Source: an uncultured Bacteroidales bacterium
GTDB taxonomy: Bacteria; Bacteroidota; Bacteroidia; Bacteroidales; VadinHA17
Assembly: GCA_963843635.1 (NCBI GenBank)
Contig: CAWJLF010000012.1
Coordinates: 143,259 to 207,258, forward strand
Length of the DNA stretch: 64,000 nucleotides
Direction: 5' to 3'
Part shown: one piece after another, positions 37,663 through 47,811 of the stretch
Layout: every line of letters begins with the position of its first letter
Position numbering within the stretch: the first letter of the stretch is position 1
Program-made: the position numbers and the translations under genes
The notes under the pieces: model-generated
The model's database searches: none
Seen by the model: the letters and a program-made list of their open reading frames with translations, nothing else
What the model was told of the DNA's origin: nothing

Positions 37663-39804
37663 ATGGCAGAAAATGGGAATAACGGACAGGGTACAGATAA
37701 GAAACCCGATAAGAATATAAAACCCCGGTTTAATACAAACTGGATTTTCGCGATTCTTGCTGTTTCAGCAATACTTTTTCAAGTGTTTGCTGGTGGCAAG
37801 ACCACACAAAAGACAACTACCAGTGAGATCAAGGATATGATCTCTGGACACGATATCGAGAAGATAGTCGTTGTCAATAAGGAAACGGCTGAGATATACC
37901 TTACCAAGAATGCCCTTCAGTCGGGAAAGTATCCAAATGCAACGAAACCCTCAAGTAATTTTGGCTTATCAGAACCAAAACCCAACTTTGTTTACAACAT
38001 AGGCGATATAAGTAATTTTGAACCGTTTCTGCTTGATGCGCAGAAGAGTGCTGGCTATTCTGAAAAGGATCTTATTTATCCCGATTATGTAACGCGTAAG
38101 AACTATCTGGGTGATATTCTTTCATGGCTCCTGTTACCCGTTATGCTTATCATCTTCTGGCTCTTTATGATGAAGAGGATGTCAGGCGGAGGAGCTGGTG
38201 GAGCAGGAGGCATTTTCAGTGTTGGTAAGTCAAGGGCACAGATATTTGACAAGGATACTAACGTCAAACTTAATTTTAATGATGTTGCAGGTCTGGAGGA
38301 GGCAAAGACAGAGGTGATGGAGATAGTTGATTTCCTGAAGAATCCTAAGAAATATACCCAGTTAGGAGGCAAGATACCTAAGGGAGCGCTTCTGATAGGT
38401 CCTCCCGGTACAGGAAAAACAATGCTTGCTAAAGCCGTGGCCGGTGAAGCCAATGTGCCTTTCTTCTCTATCTCAGGTTCTGATTTTGTGGAGATGTTTG
38501 TTGGGGTTGGTGCCTCAAGGGTCAGGGACCTATTTAAACAGGCAAAGGAAAAGGCTCCGTGTATTGTTTTTATAGATGAGATTGATGCAGTAGGAAGGGC
38601 CAGGGGAAGGAATGCCAACTTCGGTTCCAATGATGAGAGGGAGAATACCCTGAACCAGCTGCTTACTGAGATGGATGGTTTTGGGACCAATATGGGAGTA
38701 ATAATACTCGCCGCCACCAACAGAGCTGATATTCTTGACAGGGCATTAATGAGAGCCGGACGTTTTGACCGGCAAATACATGTAGAACTGCCTGACCTGA
38801 ATGAACGGGAAGCAATATTCAAAGTTCATCTCCGTCCCATAAAGCTTGAGAAAGATTTAGATGTCAGCTTCCTTGCAAAGCAGACTCCGGGCTTTTCCGG
38901 TGCCGATATTGCAAATGTCTGTAATGAATCTGCCCTTGTGGCAGCAAGGAAGAATAAACATATGGTTCAGAAGCAGGATTTCCTCGATGCCATTGATAGG
39001 ATAGTTGGCGGTCTGGAGAGGAAGACAAAGATTATTTCAATGGAAGAAAAGAGGACTATTGCTTATCACGAAGCCGGTCACGCAACTGCCAGCTGGCTTC
39101 TCGAGCACGCTAGTCCGCTCCTGAAAGTTACTATCATACCAAGGGGGAGAGCCCTGGGTGCTGCCTGGTATCTTCCTGAAGAAAGACAACTTACCACCAC
39201 TGAACAGATACTGGACGAGTTGGCATATGCCCTTGGTGGAAGGGCTTCTGAAGAGCTTAACTTTGGCAAAATATCAACGGGTGCCCTGAGTGACCTTGAG
39301 AAGGTTACCAAGCAAGCATATGCGATGGTCTCATTCTTCGGGATGAGTCAGAAGGTGGGAAATATAAGTTTTTATGACTCCTCCGGGCAATCTGATTATG
39401 GCTTTACAAAACCTTACAGTGAGAAAACGGCTGAACTCATAGACTCTGAAGTTAACAGGATAATCGCAGAATCTTATGAAAGAGCCAAGAATGTCCTCCG
39501 TAGCAATATGAAGGGTCTGACTGAGTTGGCTGAACTGCTTCTGGAGAAAGAAGTAATTTTTACTGAGGACCTTGAAAGGATATTTGGCAAAAGGAAAGGT
39601 GAACAGATGAAAGAGGAAAGAGATGCATTGGCTAAATCCAAAAGCCCTGAAGAAGTAAAAGTTAAGGGGAAGATAAAACCCGGAAAAGCAGCAGGTATAT
39701 CAGTGCCTGCCAGTAAAGTTAAACATTCCGGAAAGGTGGACGGCGTTGCTGTCTCAACTTCAAAGACAACTGTAAAGAGGTCAAAACCGAAGGATAAAGA
39801 ATAA
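37663..39804 (+). CDS. ftsH: ATP-dependent zinc metalloprotease FtsH
   Basis: Walker A GPPGTGKT, SRH region, zinc site HEAGHA, 713 aa with a Lys-rich C-terminal tail. Confidence 0.95.
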   Translation: MAENGNNGQGTDKKPDKNIKPRFNTNWIFAILAVSAILFQVFAGGKTTQKTTTSEIKDMISGHDIEKIVVVNKETAEIYLTKNALQSGKYPNATKPSSNFGLSEPKPNFVYNIGDISNFEPFLLDAQKSAGYSEKDLIYPDYVTRKNYLGDILSWLLLPVMLIIFWLFMMKRMSGGGAGGAGGIFSVGKSRAQIFDKDTNVKLNFNDVAGLEEAKTEVMEIVDFLKNPKKYTQLGGKIPKGALLIGPPGTGKTMLAKAVAGEANVPFFSISGSDFVEMFVGVGASRVRDLFKQAKEKAPCIVFIDEIDAVGRARGRNANFGSNDERENTLNQLLTEMDGFGTNMGVIILAATNRADILDRALMRAGRFDRQIHVELPDLNEREAIFKVHLRPIKLEKDLDVSFLAKQTPGFSGADIANVCNESALVAARKNKHMVQKQDFLDAIDRIVGGLERKTKIISMEEKRTIAYHEAGHATASWLLEHASPLLKVTIIPRGRALGAAWYLPEERQLTTTEQILDELAYALGGRASEELNFGKISTGALSDLEKVTKQAYAMVSFFGMSQKVGNISFYDSSGQSDYGFTKPYSEKTAELIDSEVNRIIAESYERAKNVLRSNMKGLTELAELLLEKEVIFTEDLERIFGKRKGEQMKEERDALAKSKSPEEVKVKGKIKPGKAAGISVPASKVKHSGKVDGVAVSTSKTTVKRSKPKDKE

Positions 39805-39816
39805 TTTACTTAAGCT

Positions 39817-40659
39817 TTGAATAATTTTGTCAGAAGGACATTGACAGGGGCATGGATAGTTATTTTCGTGCTGGGAGGCTTATGGCTTCATCCTCTTTCG
39901 TTTTTTTTCACAGGTCTTGTGATTGTTGTCGGAACACAGTACGAATATTATATGATAATAAGAAGCCTGGGTATAAAACCCCAGGTGACCGGTGGTCTCA
40001 TTACAGGGATTACAACATATGTAATAGCAACATTAGCTGCTGCAGAAATTATCCCGTCCCGTTATTTCCTTGTCCTTATACCACTGATGATTCTGGTAAT
40101 CATCATTGAATTGTACAGAAAAGAGGAAAGACCTTTTGATTCGCTTTCACACACATTCTTTTCTGTTCTGTATTCAGCGATTCCCTTTGCGATGTTTCCC
40201 TATTCTGCATATTCCCATACCGGACTCTCTTCCTTGCTGCCACAGCAGGGAATCGTTTTTTCTCCGGGTATAGTGATAGGGTTTTTTCTTCTTATTTGGG
40301 CAAATGACACCGGGGCATACCTTACCGGGATGCTTATTGGGCGTCACAGGCTCATGGAAAGAATATCGCCAAAGAAGAGCTGGGAAGGATTTTTGGGAGG
40401 AATCTTAATAGCTGCCCTGGTAGCCTGGCTTTTATCGGGCTGGCTGGGAGTTGTTGACAGAGCGCATTGGATAGTGATATCTGTTATTGTCTCTGTTGCC
40501 GGTACATTTGGAGACCTGGTGGAATCGATGCTTAAAAGATCTGCCGGTGTAAAGGATTCGGGATCAATAATGCCGGGTCACGGAGGATTCCTCGACAGGT
40601 TCGACAGTGCAATTATTTCCTTTCCCCTGGTCTATCTTTTTATTTCACTTTTTGGTTGA
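39817..40659 (+). CDS. cdsA: phosphatidate cytidylyltransferase
   Basis: C-terminal signature SMLKRSAGVKDSGSIMPGHGGFLDRFDS. Polytopic membrane protein. The start codon is uncertain (TTG in the ORF track). Confidence 0.85.
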   Translation: MNNFVRRTLTGAWIVIFVLGGLWLHPLSFFFTGLVIVVGTQYEYYMIIRSLGIKPQVTGGLITGITTYVIATLAAAEIIPSRYFLVLIPLMILVIIIELYRKEERPFDSLSHTFFSVLYSAIPFAMFPYSAYSHTGLSSLLPQQGIVFSPGIVIGFFLLIWANDTGAYLTGMLIGRHRLMERISPKKSWEGFLGGILIAALVAWLLSGWLGVVDRAHWIVISVIVSVAGTFGDLVESMLKRSAGVKDSGSIMPGHGGFLDRFDSAIISFPLVYLFISLFG

Positions 40660-40698
40660 TTGATAGGACTTGATTAGTTTTGTGCAAATTATTAAGAA

Positions 40699-41355
40699 AT
40701 GAGTATTCATAAGGAGGGATATAAGATTCTGGGTTATGGCTTTCTTGCCCTGCTGGTCATTAATATTGCAGTTAATATAATATTGCAGAGTAACGAACTC
40801 CTGAAATGGGCGTTCATTCTCTGCTCACTTATGTTATATATATTCCTGCTCTTCTTTTTCAGGCTGCCATCACGGGCGCTGGAAGCTGACCCCGGACTTA
40901 TTTATGCTCCGGCTGACGGGAAGGTGGTTGTAATAGAAGAAACTCATGAAAAGGAATATTTTAATGATACACGATTGCAGGTTTCAATTTTTATGTCGCC
41001 ATTCAATATGCATAGTAACAGGTATCCTGTTTCAGGAAAGATAAAGTTTGTGGCTCATCATCCAGGCCGTAACATGGTTGCCTGGCATCCCAAATCGTCA
41101 GAGCTTAATGAAAGGAGTACAGTAGTAATTGAAGCAAAAGATGGTGTTGAAATACTTGTGAGGCAGATTGCAGGGGCAGTAGCCCGCAGGATAGTCACCT
41201 ATGCAAAAAATGATCAGGCAATTCAACAGGGAGACGAACTGGGCTTTATTAAGTTCGGATCAAGGGTTGATATTTTTTTGCCAGTGGGCACAGAGGTTGA
41301 GATCCCTATTCTTCAGCAGGTTAAGGCAAACAAGACGATTATTGCCAAAATCTGA
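40699..41355 (+). CDS. psd: phosphatidylserine decarboxylase family proenzyme
   Basis: 218 aa. N-terminal TM pair and the FGSRVD self-cleavage-site region (GS motif). Confidence 0.8.
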   Translation: MSIHKEGYKILGYGFLALLVINIAVNIILQSNELLKWAFILCSLMLYIFLLFFFRLPSRALEADPGLIYAPADGKVVVIEETHEKEYFNDTRLQVSIFMSPFNMHSNRYPVSGKIKFVAHHPGRNMVAWHPKSSELNERSTVVIEAKDGVEILVRQIAGAVARRIVTYAKNDQAIQQGDELGFIKFGSRVDIFLPVGTEVEIPILQQVKANKTIIAKI

Positions 41356-41370
41356 AAAACCATTGACTAC

Positions 41371-42594
41371 ATGAACAAAACAGATGATAAAATAATTAAG
41401 GTAACCGATGATGTTACCTGGTTGGGTGTTCTTGATTATGATATCAAGACTTTTGATATTGTAATGCATACTGATTACGGGACTACCTATAATTCATATT
41501 TTATAAATGCACAGAAAAAGACAATAATAGAAGTAGCCAAGGCTAAATTCAGCGATACCTACCTGTCCAAGCTGCGTGAACTTACCAATCCCGGGGAGAT
41601 AGAATATATAATACTTGATCATACGGAACCGGATCATTCCGGAAGCCTGGGGATCCTTCTTGACCTTGCGCCTTCTGCCACTGTTGTCGGAAGCGGCAAT
41701 GCAATAAGATATCTTGAGGATATTATTAATTTACCATTCAGATCACTGATCGTTAAGGATGGTGACACTCTTGATCTGGGGAATAAGACACTGCGGTTCA
41801 TTGCAGCCCCTAATCTCCACTGGCCTGACTCAATCTATACTCTGCTGGTGGATGACAATGTGTTATTTACCTGCGATTCATTCGGTGCCCATTACTGTAC
41901 TCCTGACATGTTCAGCGATTTTTCAGGGCCATATCTTGATGCTTACAAATATTATTTCGATGTTATTCTCAGACCATTCAGCAGGTTCATGCTTAAAGCT
42001 ATTGAAAACATTAAACCATTCAGGATAGATTTTATATGCCCGGGTCACGGACCAATTCATCATAAGAACCTTCAGGAAGCAGTTGAGTTGTCCCGGTCAT
42101 ATGCCACTGACTATATGAAGATCATAACGGAAAAGGACCGCAACAGGATCCTTATCACATATGTCTCAGCTTACGGATATACTAAAGAAGCTGCTGAGCT
42201 GATAGCCTCCGGTATAGATGAATCAGGAGAGCTCATTACTGAAGTGCTTGATATTGAAACGATAGAGGCAGAAGAGCTTGAGTCAAAATTGATTGAGGCT
42301 GATGGGATACTGGTTGGATCACCTACAATTAACCAGAACACCTTACTCCCGGTTTATAAGCTGTTTTCCCTGATAAATCCCCTGAGGGATAAGGGGAAAC
42401 TGGGAGGAGCATTCGGATCCTATGGATGGAGTGGTGAGTCGCCAAAGATCATACTTGAAAATCTCAGATTGCTAAAACTTAAGACTTTCGAGGAGACAGG
42501 AGCATTCAAATTCTCGCCCGGAAGCTATAAATCAGATCTTCTGATTGATTTCGGAAGAAGATTTGCACAAAAATTCCAGGAAGAATGCGGATAA
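41371..42594 (+). CDS. flavodiiron protein (FprA / rubredoxin:oxygen oxidoreductase type)
   Basis: Metallo-beta-lactamase-like di-iron motif LDHTEPDHSG followed by a C-terminal flavodoxin-like domain (LITYVSAYGYTKEAA...GSPTINQN). Confidence 0.85.
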   Translation: MNKTDDKIIKVTDDVTWLGVLDYDIKTFDIVMHTDYGTTYNSYFINAQKKTIIEVAKAKFSDTYLSKLRELTNPGEIEYIILDHTEPDHSGSLGILLDLAPSATVVGSGNAIRYLEDIINLPFRSLIVKDGDTLDLGNKTLRFIAAPNLHWPDSIYTLLVDDNVLFTCDSFGAHYCTPDMFSDFSGPYLDAYKYYFDVILRPFSRFMLKAIENIKPFRIDFICPGHGPIHHKNLQEAVELSRSYATDYMKIITEKDRNRILITYVSAYGYTKEAAELIASGIDESGELITEVLDIETIEAEELESKLIEADGILVGSPTINQNTLLPVYKLFSLINPLRDKGKLGGAFGSYGWSGESPKIILENLRLLKLKTFEETGAFKFSPGSYKSDLLIDFGRRFAQKFQEECG

Positions 42595-42596
42595 AT

Positions 42597-42845
42597 AAAA
42601 AGAGGTTGTCTTAAAAGATGAAATCCAATAACCGCTGAGGTCGCTAAAAATTTACGCGAAGATCGCAAAGTATTGATTGCTAAAATATTGCCTTTGTGTC
42701 CTTTGCGCTTTTATTACCCACCGTAGAATTACGGAGGTGGGCTTAGCGTCCCCGTCCGACCGGTATCCAGTATAAACAATTCTATTATGGCATTTCAGCC
42801 GGGCGGGCTTTGCGGTTAAAAAATCTTTTGAGACATCCTCTTTTT
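42597..42845. repeat. 249-bp element bounded by 23-bp imperfect inverted repeats (MITE-like or a long structured RNA), filling the convergent fprA/hsp20 gap
   Basis: Left arm is AAAAAGAGGTTGTCTTAAAAGAT. The reverse complement of the right arm is AAAAAGAGGATGTCTCAAAAGAT, a 21/23 match. The interior holds the hairpin CCCACCGTA-gaat-TACGGAGGTGGG and CGCAAAG/CTTTGCG-type word repeats. Confidence 0.5.
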
Positions 42846-42857
42846 ATTACAGGATTA

Positions 42858-43283
42858 TTAATCAATCCTGATCTCCCTTGATATCTTGCTTTTCTCTTCT
42901 TCATCTTTAGGCAGGCTTATACTGAGAACGCCGTCCTTGTAATTGGCTTCAATCTTTTCTTTGTTTACATTCTCAGGAATATAAAAGCTTCTGCAAAACG
43001 ATGAGTAGCTGAACTCTTTTCTTTTATATCCATCCTTTTCCTGTTCATTCTCATTTTTTGTCTCCGATGAGATGGTAAGAACATCTTCATTCATGTCAAT
43101 TTTCAGATCTTTCTTATCCATACCCGGGATAGCTAGATCAAGCATATAATTCTTCTCATCTTCCCTGATGTTTACAGCCGGTAATGAACCTGTCCTGTTT
43201 GATAATGCAGGGAAAAAATCGTCGTCAAAAAGATTAGGCATATAAAAAGGCCTGAAACTTCTTCTGGTAATTGTTGGTAACAT
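42858..43283 (-). CDS. Hsp20/alpha-crystallin family small heat-shock protein
   Basis: Alpha-crystallin domain PAVNIREDEKNYMLDLAIPGMDKKDLKI ... YKDGVLSISLPK. Confidence 0.9.
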   Translation of the reverse strand: MLPTITRRSFRPFYMPNLFDDDFFPALSNRTGSLPAVNIREDEKNYMLDLAIPGMDKKDLKIDMNEDVLTISSETKNENEQEKDGYKRKEFSYSSFCRSFYIPENVNKEKIEANYKDGVLSISLPKDEEEKSKISREIRID

Positions 43284-43645
43284 AGTTTTATCCTCCTATT
43301 AATTTAATTTAAAATTCGTTTATATATCTCTCACCTTTCAAACTCTATTCCATTTTTGAAAAAATGTCATTATGGCACATAATTTCAGATATAGCAGACA
43401 ATATGGCAGTATGATAATTTTAAAATATACGTAAAGGTTACATATACAGCTATTTATATAACTGTCAAAATTAAGCCTCCTGGCTATTAAAATTTATATT
43501 TGCCTGGCTATCTGGTCGTATTATTTTCTTACCGGTATTTTTATGCCATGTTATAAATGAGAATAAATGAACCGGTATTATGAAACATATTGTTAGCGAA
43601 TTAAAAAAATTTGGATTAGGTTTGTAGATAGAAAAGCCTCTGTTG

Positions 43646-44827
43646 ATGAATACAACATTCCGAAATATTCTGATATTTATTGGTGTATTGATTCTTCTGG
43701 CATGTGCCTGGTATTTTCGCAATATTGTAGTTTATATTCTTGTATCAGGTGTTTTTTCAATAATGGGGCGTCCTTTGGTGGACCTTTTCTGCAGGATAAA
43801 AATTTTGAAATGGTCCTTTCCCCGTGCTCTTAGTGCATTACTTACTCTGATAATAATATGGGGATTCATCATACTCTTTTTTATTATTTTCATACCACTG
43901 ATTACCAGGCAGATAAATTATTTCTCAACAATCGACAGTGAGAAGATAGTGCAGCTAGTTGCCGATCCCATTAACAAAGTGGAAAACCTGTTCAGGGCAT
44001 TTAACAAGGATATAACCAGTGATCTTTCTATCCAGGATTATATAGTGAAGAAAGTATCGGGAGTTCTGAGCATAAATATGATACAGAATTTTCTGGGATC
44101 TTTGGTCGGTATCCTTGGTAATGTGCTGGTAGCTGTTTTTTCGATAACATTCATTACATTCTTTTTTCTTAAGGATCAGAGACTTTTTTTTGAATCGATA
44201 TTAATGTGGGTACCTGACAAATATGTTGAAAATGCCACGAGGGCTCTTTATTCGATCAAGAAGCTATTGACAAGGTATTTTATTGGGATACTGATACAAA
44301 GCACCTGCATTATGATCCTGATAACAATTGGTATGACCATTGCCGGTATCGATTTTCAGCAGGCACTGGTAATGGGGCTTATCCTAGGTATCCTGAATGT
44401 AATTCCCTATGTAGGACCGTGGCTGGGCTTATTTATTGCAATTATCATGGGTGTCGCTTCGCATATGAGTCAGGATTTTAATACAGTGGTTGTGCCGCTG
44501 GTCACCTATATGATAATTGTTGAGGCCATTACCCATTTGATTGATAATGTTGTATTTCAGCCGATTATCTTCTCAAACAGTGTTAGGGCACATCCCCTGG
44601 AGATTTTTGTTGTAGTGCTGGCTTCAGGACTGGCGGCAGGAATCCCGGGTATGATACTGGGCATACCTGCTTATACCGTTCTCCGGGTATTCGCGAAGGA
44701 ATTTTTTAACAACTTCAAAGCTGTTCAGAAGATCACATCGAGTCTTTCATCTGATAACCTGGAAGAAAAGAACCGATTGTCCTTCAGACCAGGTGATGAT
44801 ACGGAGAAAACAACAAGTCATGATTGA
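43646..44827 (+). CDS. AI-2E family transporter (PerM-like)
   Basis: About 8 TM helices, with the GILNVIPYVGPWLG signature region. Confidence 0.75.
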   Translation: MNTTFRNILIFIGVLILLACAWYFRNIVVYILVSGVFSIMGRPLVDLFCRIKILKWSFPRALSALLTLIIIWGFIILFFIIFIPLITRQINYFSTIDSEKIVQLVADPINKVENLFRAFNKDITSDLSIQDYIVKKVSGVLSINMIQNFLGSLVGILGNVLVAVFSITFITFFFLKDQRLFFESILMWVPDKYVENATRALYSIKKLLTRYFIGILIQSTCIMILITIGMTIAGIDFQQALVMGLILGILNVIPYVGPWLGLFIAIIMGVASHMSQDFNTVVVPLVTYMIIVEAITHLIDNVVFQPIIFSNSVRAHPLEIFVVVLASGLAAGIPGMILGIPAYTVLRVFAKEFFNNFKAVQKITSSLSSDNLEEKNRLSFRPGDDTEKTTSHD

Positions 44828-44880
44828 CAATTATTATTTTGTCAATAGTTGAAATTATTATCTAGATAATTGCCGGGTGG

Positions 44881-45129
44881 ATGAAATATATATTTTCTTT
44901 AATAAACCGACTTTTTCATTTTTATTATGATGGATTCAGAAATATGTCGGGATGGGGCAGAAAGGTATGGCTAATAATAATTATTAAGCTATTTATTATG
45001 TTTGTTGTATTGAAAATTTTCTTTTTCCATAATTTTCTAAATAAGAAATATGATAATGACCGGCAGAGAAGTGAGTATGTTCTGGATCAATTAATTAATT
45101 CACCTGATACCCATGATAGAAAACATTGA
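44881..45129 (+). CDS. DUF4492-like small membrane protein preceding cydA
   Basis: 82 aa. YYDGFRNMSGWGRKVWLIIIIKLFIMFVVLKIFFF. Overlaps the cydA start by 17 nt. The family name is from memory. Confidence 0.55.
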   Translation: MKYIFSLINRLFHFYYDGFRNMSGWGRKVWLIIIIKLFIMFVVLKIFFFHNFLNKKYDNDRQRSEYVLDQLINSPDTHDRKH

Positions 45130-46669
45130 TTTAAGTCTGGTGGACTGGTCAAGGGCTCAATTTGCTCTTACAGCCATGTACCATTGGTTATTTGTCCCTC
45201 TTACACTGGGATTATCTTTTCTCCTTGCTATAATGGAGACTATTTATGTAAAAACAGGGGATGAGAGATGGAAAAGGCTGACCCGATTCTGGATGACGCT
45301 ATTTGGGATTAATTTTGCCATCGGGGTGGCTACAGGTATAATTTTGGAGTTTGAGTTCGGAACAAACTGGTCAAACTATTCCTGGTTTGTTGGCGATATT
45401 TTCGGAGCTCCCCTGGCTATTGAGGGTATCCTTGCTTTCTTTCTCGAATCCACCTTTGTGGCTGTGATGTTTTTTGGATGGAATAAGGTTAGCAAACGGT
45501 TTCACCTTATTTCTACCTGGCTGGTTGCAATTGGAGCCAACCTCTCTGCACTGTGGATTCTTGTGGCAAATGCCTGGATGCAGAACCCTGTCGGTATGAT
45601 TTTTAATCCGGAGGCTGCACGAAATGAGATGGTTAGTTTCTGGGCAGTGCTATTCAACCAGATGGCAACAGCGAAATTTTTACATACAATTTCATCAGGG
45701 TTCCTAATGGCCTCCATGTTTGTACTTGGAATAAGTTCATGGTATCTCATCAGGAAAAGAGAGGTACATATGGCGAAACGAAGTATACTCGTGTCATCTG
45801 TTTTCGGACTCCTTTCCTCGCTTATGGTTGCTTATACAGGTGACGGATCAGCCAGAACGGTTGCAAAAGTGCAGCCTGTTAAATTTGCCTCAATGGAAGC
45901 ACTCTATAAAGGAAAGAGCAATGCAGGACTGGTGGCAGTAGGTTTTTTGAAAGATACGGGTGAGAAACTGGGGGAAAAGGAAATAAAAGACATCAGATTT
46001 CGCATAGAAATTCCCGGACTGATGTCTATACTGACCGGTGGAACAGCCGATTCATATGTTCCCGGAATTGAAGATCATATTTTTGGAAATGACAGCCTGG
46101 GTATCCTTTCTGTCAGTGATAAACAGTCAAGGGGCCATCTTGCTGTGGATATGCTATCTGCATACCAGAAAGCACGTGCGGCTAACGATAAACACAGGGT
46201 TGATTCATTAAGGACCATTTTGGCAACCCAGGAATACCAGGACAATTATTTCAGGTATTTCGGCTATTCCTCGATAACCAAACCTGAAGATGTTATTCCG
46301 GATGTATCCCTTACATTCTATTCATTTCATCTCATGGTTATCCTGGGCTTTCTTTTCATCATGATCTTTGTGGTGGCAGTCTATCTCCTGTTCAGGGGTA
46401 CATTGGAAAAGAACAGGTGGTTTTTATGGGTGGCTCTTCTTGCCATACCTCTTACATACCTGGCTGGTGAACTTGGATGGGTACTGGCTGAGATGGGCCG
46501 GCAACCCTGGATTATACAGGATCTTATGACTATCCCGATGGGAGTCTCAAAGATTGCATCCGGCTCCGTATTAACAACTTTCATTCTTTTTGCTGTTCTT
46601 TTCACCGGGCTGTTAATATCCGAGCTGTCAATAATGGTTAAACAGATTAAAACAGGTCCAAAACATTAG
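45113..46669 (+). CDS. cydA: cytochrome bd-type quinol oxidase subunit I
   Basis: LSRAQFALTAMYHWLFVPLTLG, Q-loop region, GWVLAEMGRQPW signature. Confidence 0.95.
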   Translation: MIENIDLSLVDWSRAQFALTAMYHWLFVPLTLGLSFLLAIMETIYVKTGDERWKRLTRFWMTLFGINFAIGVATGIILEFEFGTNWSNYSWFVGDIFGAPLAIEGILAFFLESTFVAVMFFGWNKVSKRFHLISTWLVAIGANLSALWILVANAWMQNPVGMIFNPEAARNEMVSFWAVLFNQMATAKFLHTISSGFLMASMFVLGISSWYLIRKREVHMAKRSILVSSVFGLLSSLMVAYTGDGSARTVAKVQPVKFASMEALYKGKSNAGLVAVGFLKDTGEKLGEKEIKDIRFRIEIPGLMSILTGGTADSYVPGIEDHIFGNDSLGILSVSDKQSRGHLAVDMLSAYQKARAANDKHRVDSLRTILATQEYQDNYFRYFGYSSITKPEDVIPDVSLTFYSFHLMVILGFLFIMIFVVAVYLLFRGTLEKNRWFLWVALLAIPLTYLAGELGWVLAEMGRQPWIIQDLMTIPMGVSKIASGSVLTTFILFAVLFTGLLISELSIMVKQIKTGPKH

Positions 46670-46680
46670 GAGGTTAAAAT

Positions 46681-47811
46681 ATGACAATAATGATTTCACA
46701 TCTGTTTCTGCAATATTACTGGTGGATAATTGTATCAATCCTGGCCGGTATACTTGTGTTTCTTATGTTTGTTCAGGGCGGACAATCTTTTATCTTCTCA
46801 CTGCCTGAAAATAATATCCAGAAAACACTGATAATTAATGCCATGGGAAGAAAGTGGGAGTTCACTTTCACAACACTCGTCACATTTGGGGGAGCTTTTT
46901 TTGCATCATTTCCGCTTTTTTATGCAACCAGTTTTGGCGGAGCCTACTGGGTATGGATCGCTATCCTGTTCAGTTTTACCATTCAGGCAGTTGCATACGA
47001 ATTCAGGTCAAAACCGGTCAATGTGCTGGGTCAGAGGACATTTGATATATTCCTTCTTATTAATGGCTCCCTGGGACCTTTTCTGATAGGTACTGCAGTT
47101 GCAACATTTTTTACCGGTTCTATGTTTAGTCTCGACCAGATGAACCATGTACACTGGGAGACAACATGGTATGGGCTGGAGGCTCTTCTTAACATACGTA
47201 ACCTGTCCCTGGGGCTGGCAGTTCTTTTCCTTTCCAGAATTAATGGCCTGCTTTATTTAGTTAATTCGGTTGATGATAGTGGTCTTATTTCATCTGCACA
47301 TAGAAAGTTGCCGGTCAATTCAATACTTTTCCTTGTCTTTTTCCTGTACTTCCTTGTTTCACTTCTTCTTTCCAAGGGTTTTGCGTCTGATCCCTTAACA
47401 GGAACAGTCACTACGGAGAAGTATAAATATTTTATCAATTTTATACATATGCCATTGGTTCTGGTCATCTTTCTGGCAGGAGTAGTGGGAGTGTTGTACG
47501 GAATCGGCATATCTGTTTTCAAAAAAAGCACTACCGGTATCTGGTATACCGGAGCAGGAAGCATATTTGCAGTATTTGCTCTCTTCCTGGTCGCCGGATT
47601 TAATGGAACATCCTTTTATCCATCTGTTTATGATTTGCAGAGTTCGCTCACTTTGACCAATTCATCATCCAGCCATTTCACACTTAAAGCCATGATGTTT
47701 GTATCATTTTTGGTTCCATTTGTCATTGCATATATATGGTATGCATGGCAATCGATTAATAATAAAAAGATTACCGAGGAAGAAATGAAATCTGAAGGAC
47801 ATGTATATTAG
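46681..47811 (+). CDS. cydB: cytochrome bd-type quinol oxidase subunit II
   Basis: 376-aa polytopic membrane protein directly after cydA. N-terminal YYWWIIVSILAG pattern. Confidence 0.9.
   Translation: MTIMISHLFLQYYWWIIVSILAGILVFLMFVQGGQSFIFSLPENNIQKTLIINAMGRKWEFTFTTLVTFGGAFFASFPLFYATSFGGAYWVWIAILFSFTIQAVAYEFRSKPVNVLGQRTFDIFLLINGSLGPFLIGTAVATFFTGSMFSLDQMNHVHWETTWYGLEALLNIRNLSLGLAVLFLSRINGLLYLVNSVDDSGLISSAHRKLPVNSILFLVFFLYFLVSLLLSKGFASDPLTGTVTTEKYKYFINFIHMPLVLVIFLAGVVGVLYGIGISVFKKSTTGIWYTGAGSIFAVFALFLVAGFNGTSFYPSVYDLQSSLTLTNSSSSHFTLKAMMFVSFLVPFVIAYIWYAWQSINNKKITEEEMKSEGHVY

Noticed and set aside
38103-38822. 239-aa minus-strand ORF inside ftsH.
   Set aside because: Antisense to the most conserved AAA+ part of FtsH. 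Ser/Pro/Ala-rich mirror translation. Spurious.
43366-43420. TGGCAC-ATAAT-TTCAG and TGGCAG-TATGA-TAATT considered as sigma-54 promoters upstream of the AI-2E transporter gene.
   Set aside because: The -12 element lacks the GC at the required GG-N10-GC spacing, and the gene start is more than 220 nt away. Not comparable to the lon and rsfS hits.
43471-43722. 83-aa minus-strand ORF in the hsp20/AI-2E spacer.
   Set aside because: It overlaps the AI-2E transporter start, has AT-rich low-complexity composition and no supporting signals.
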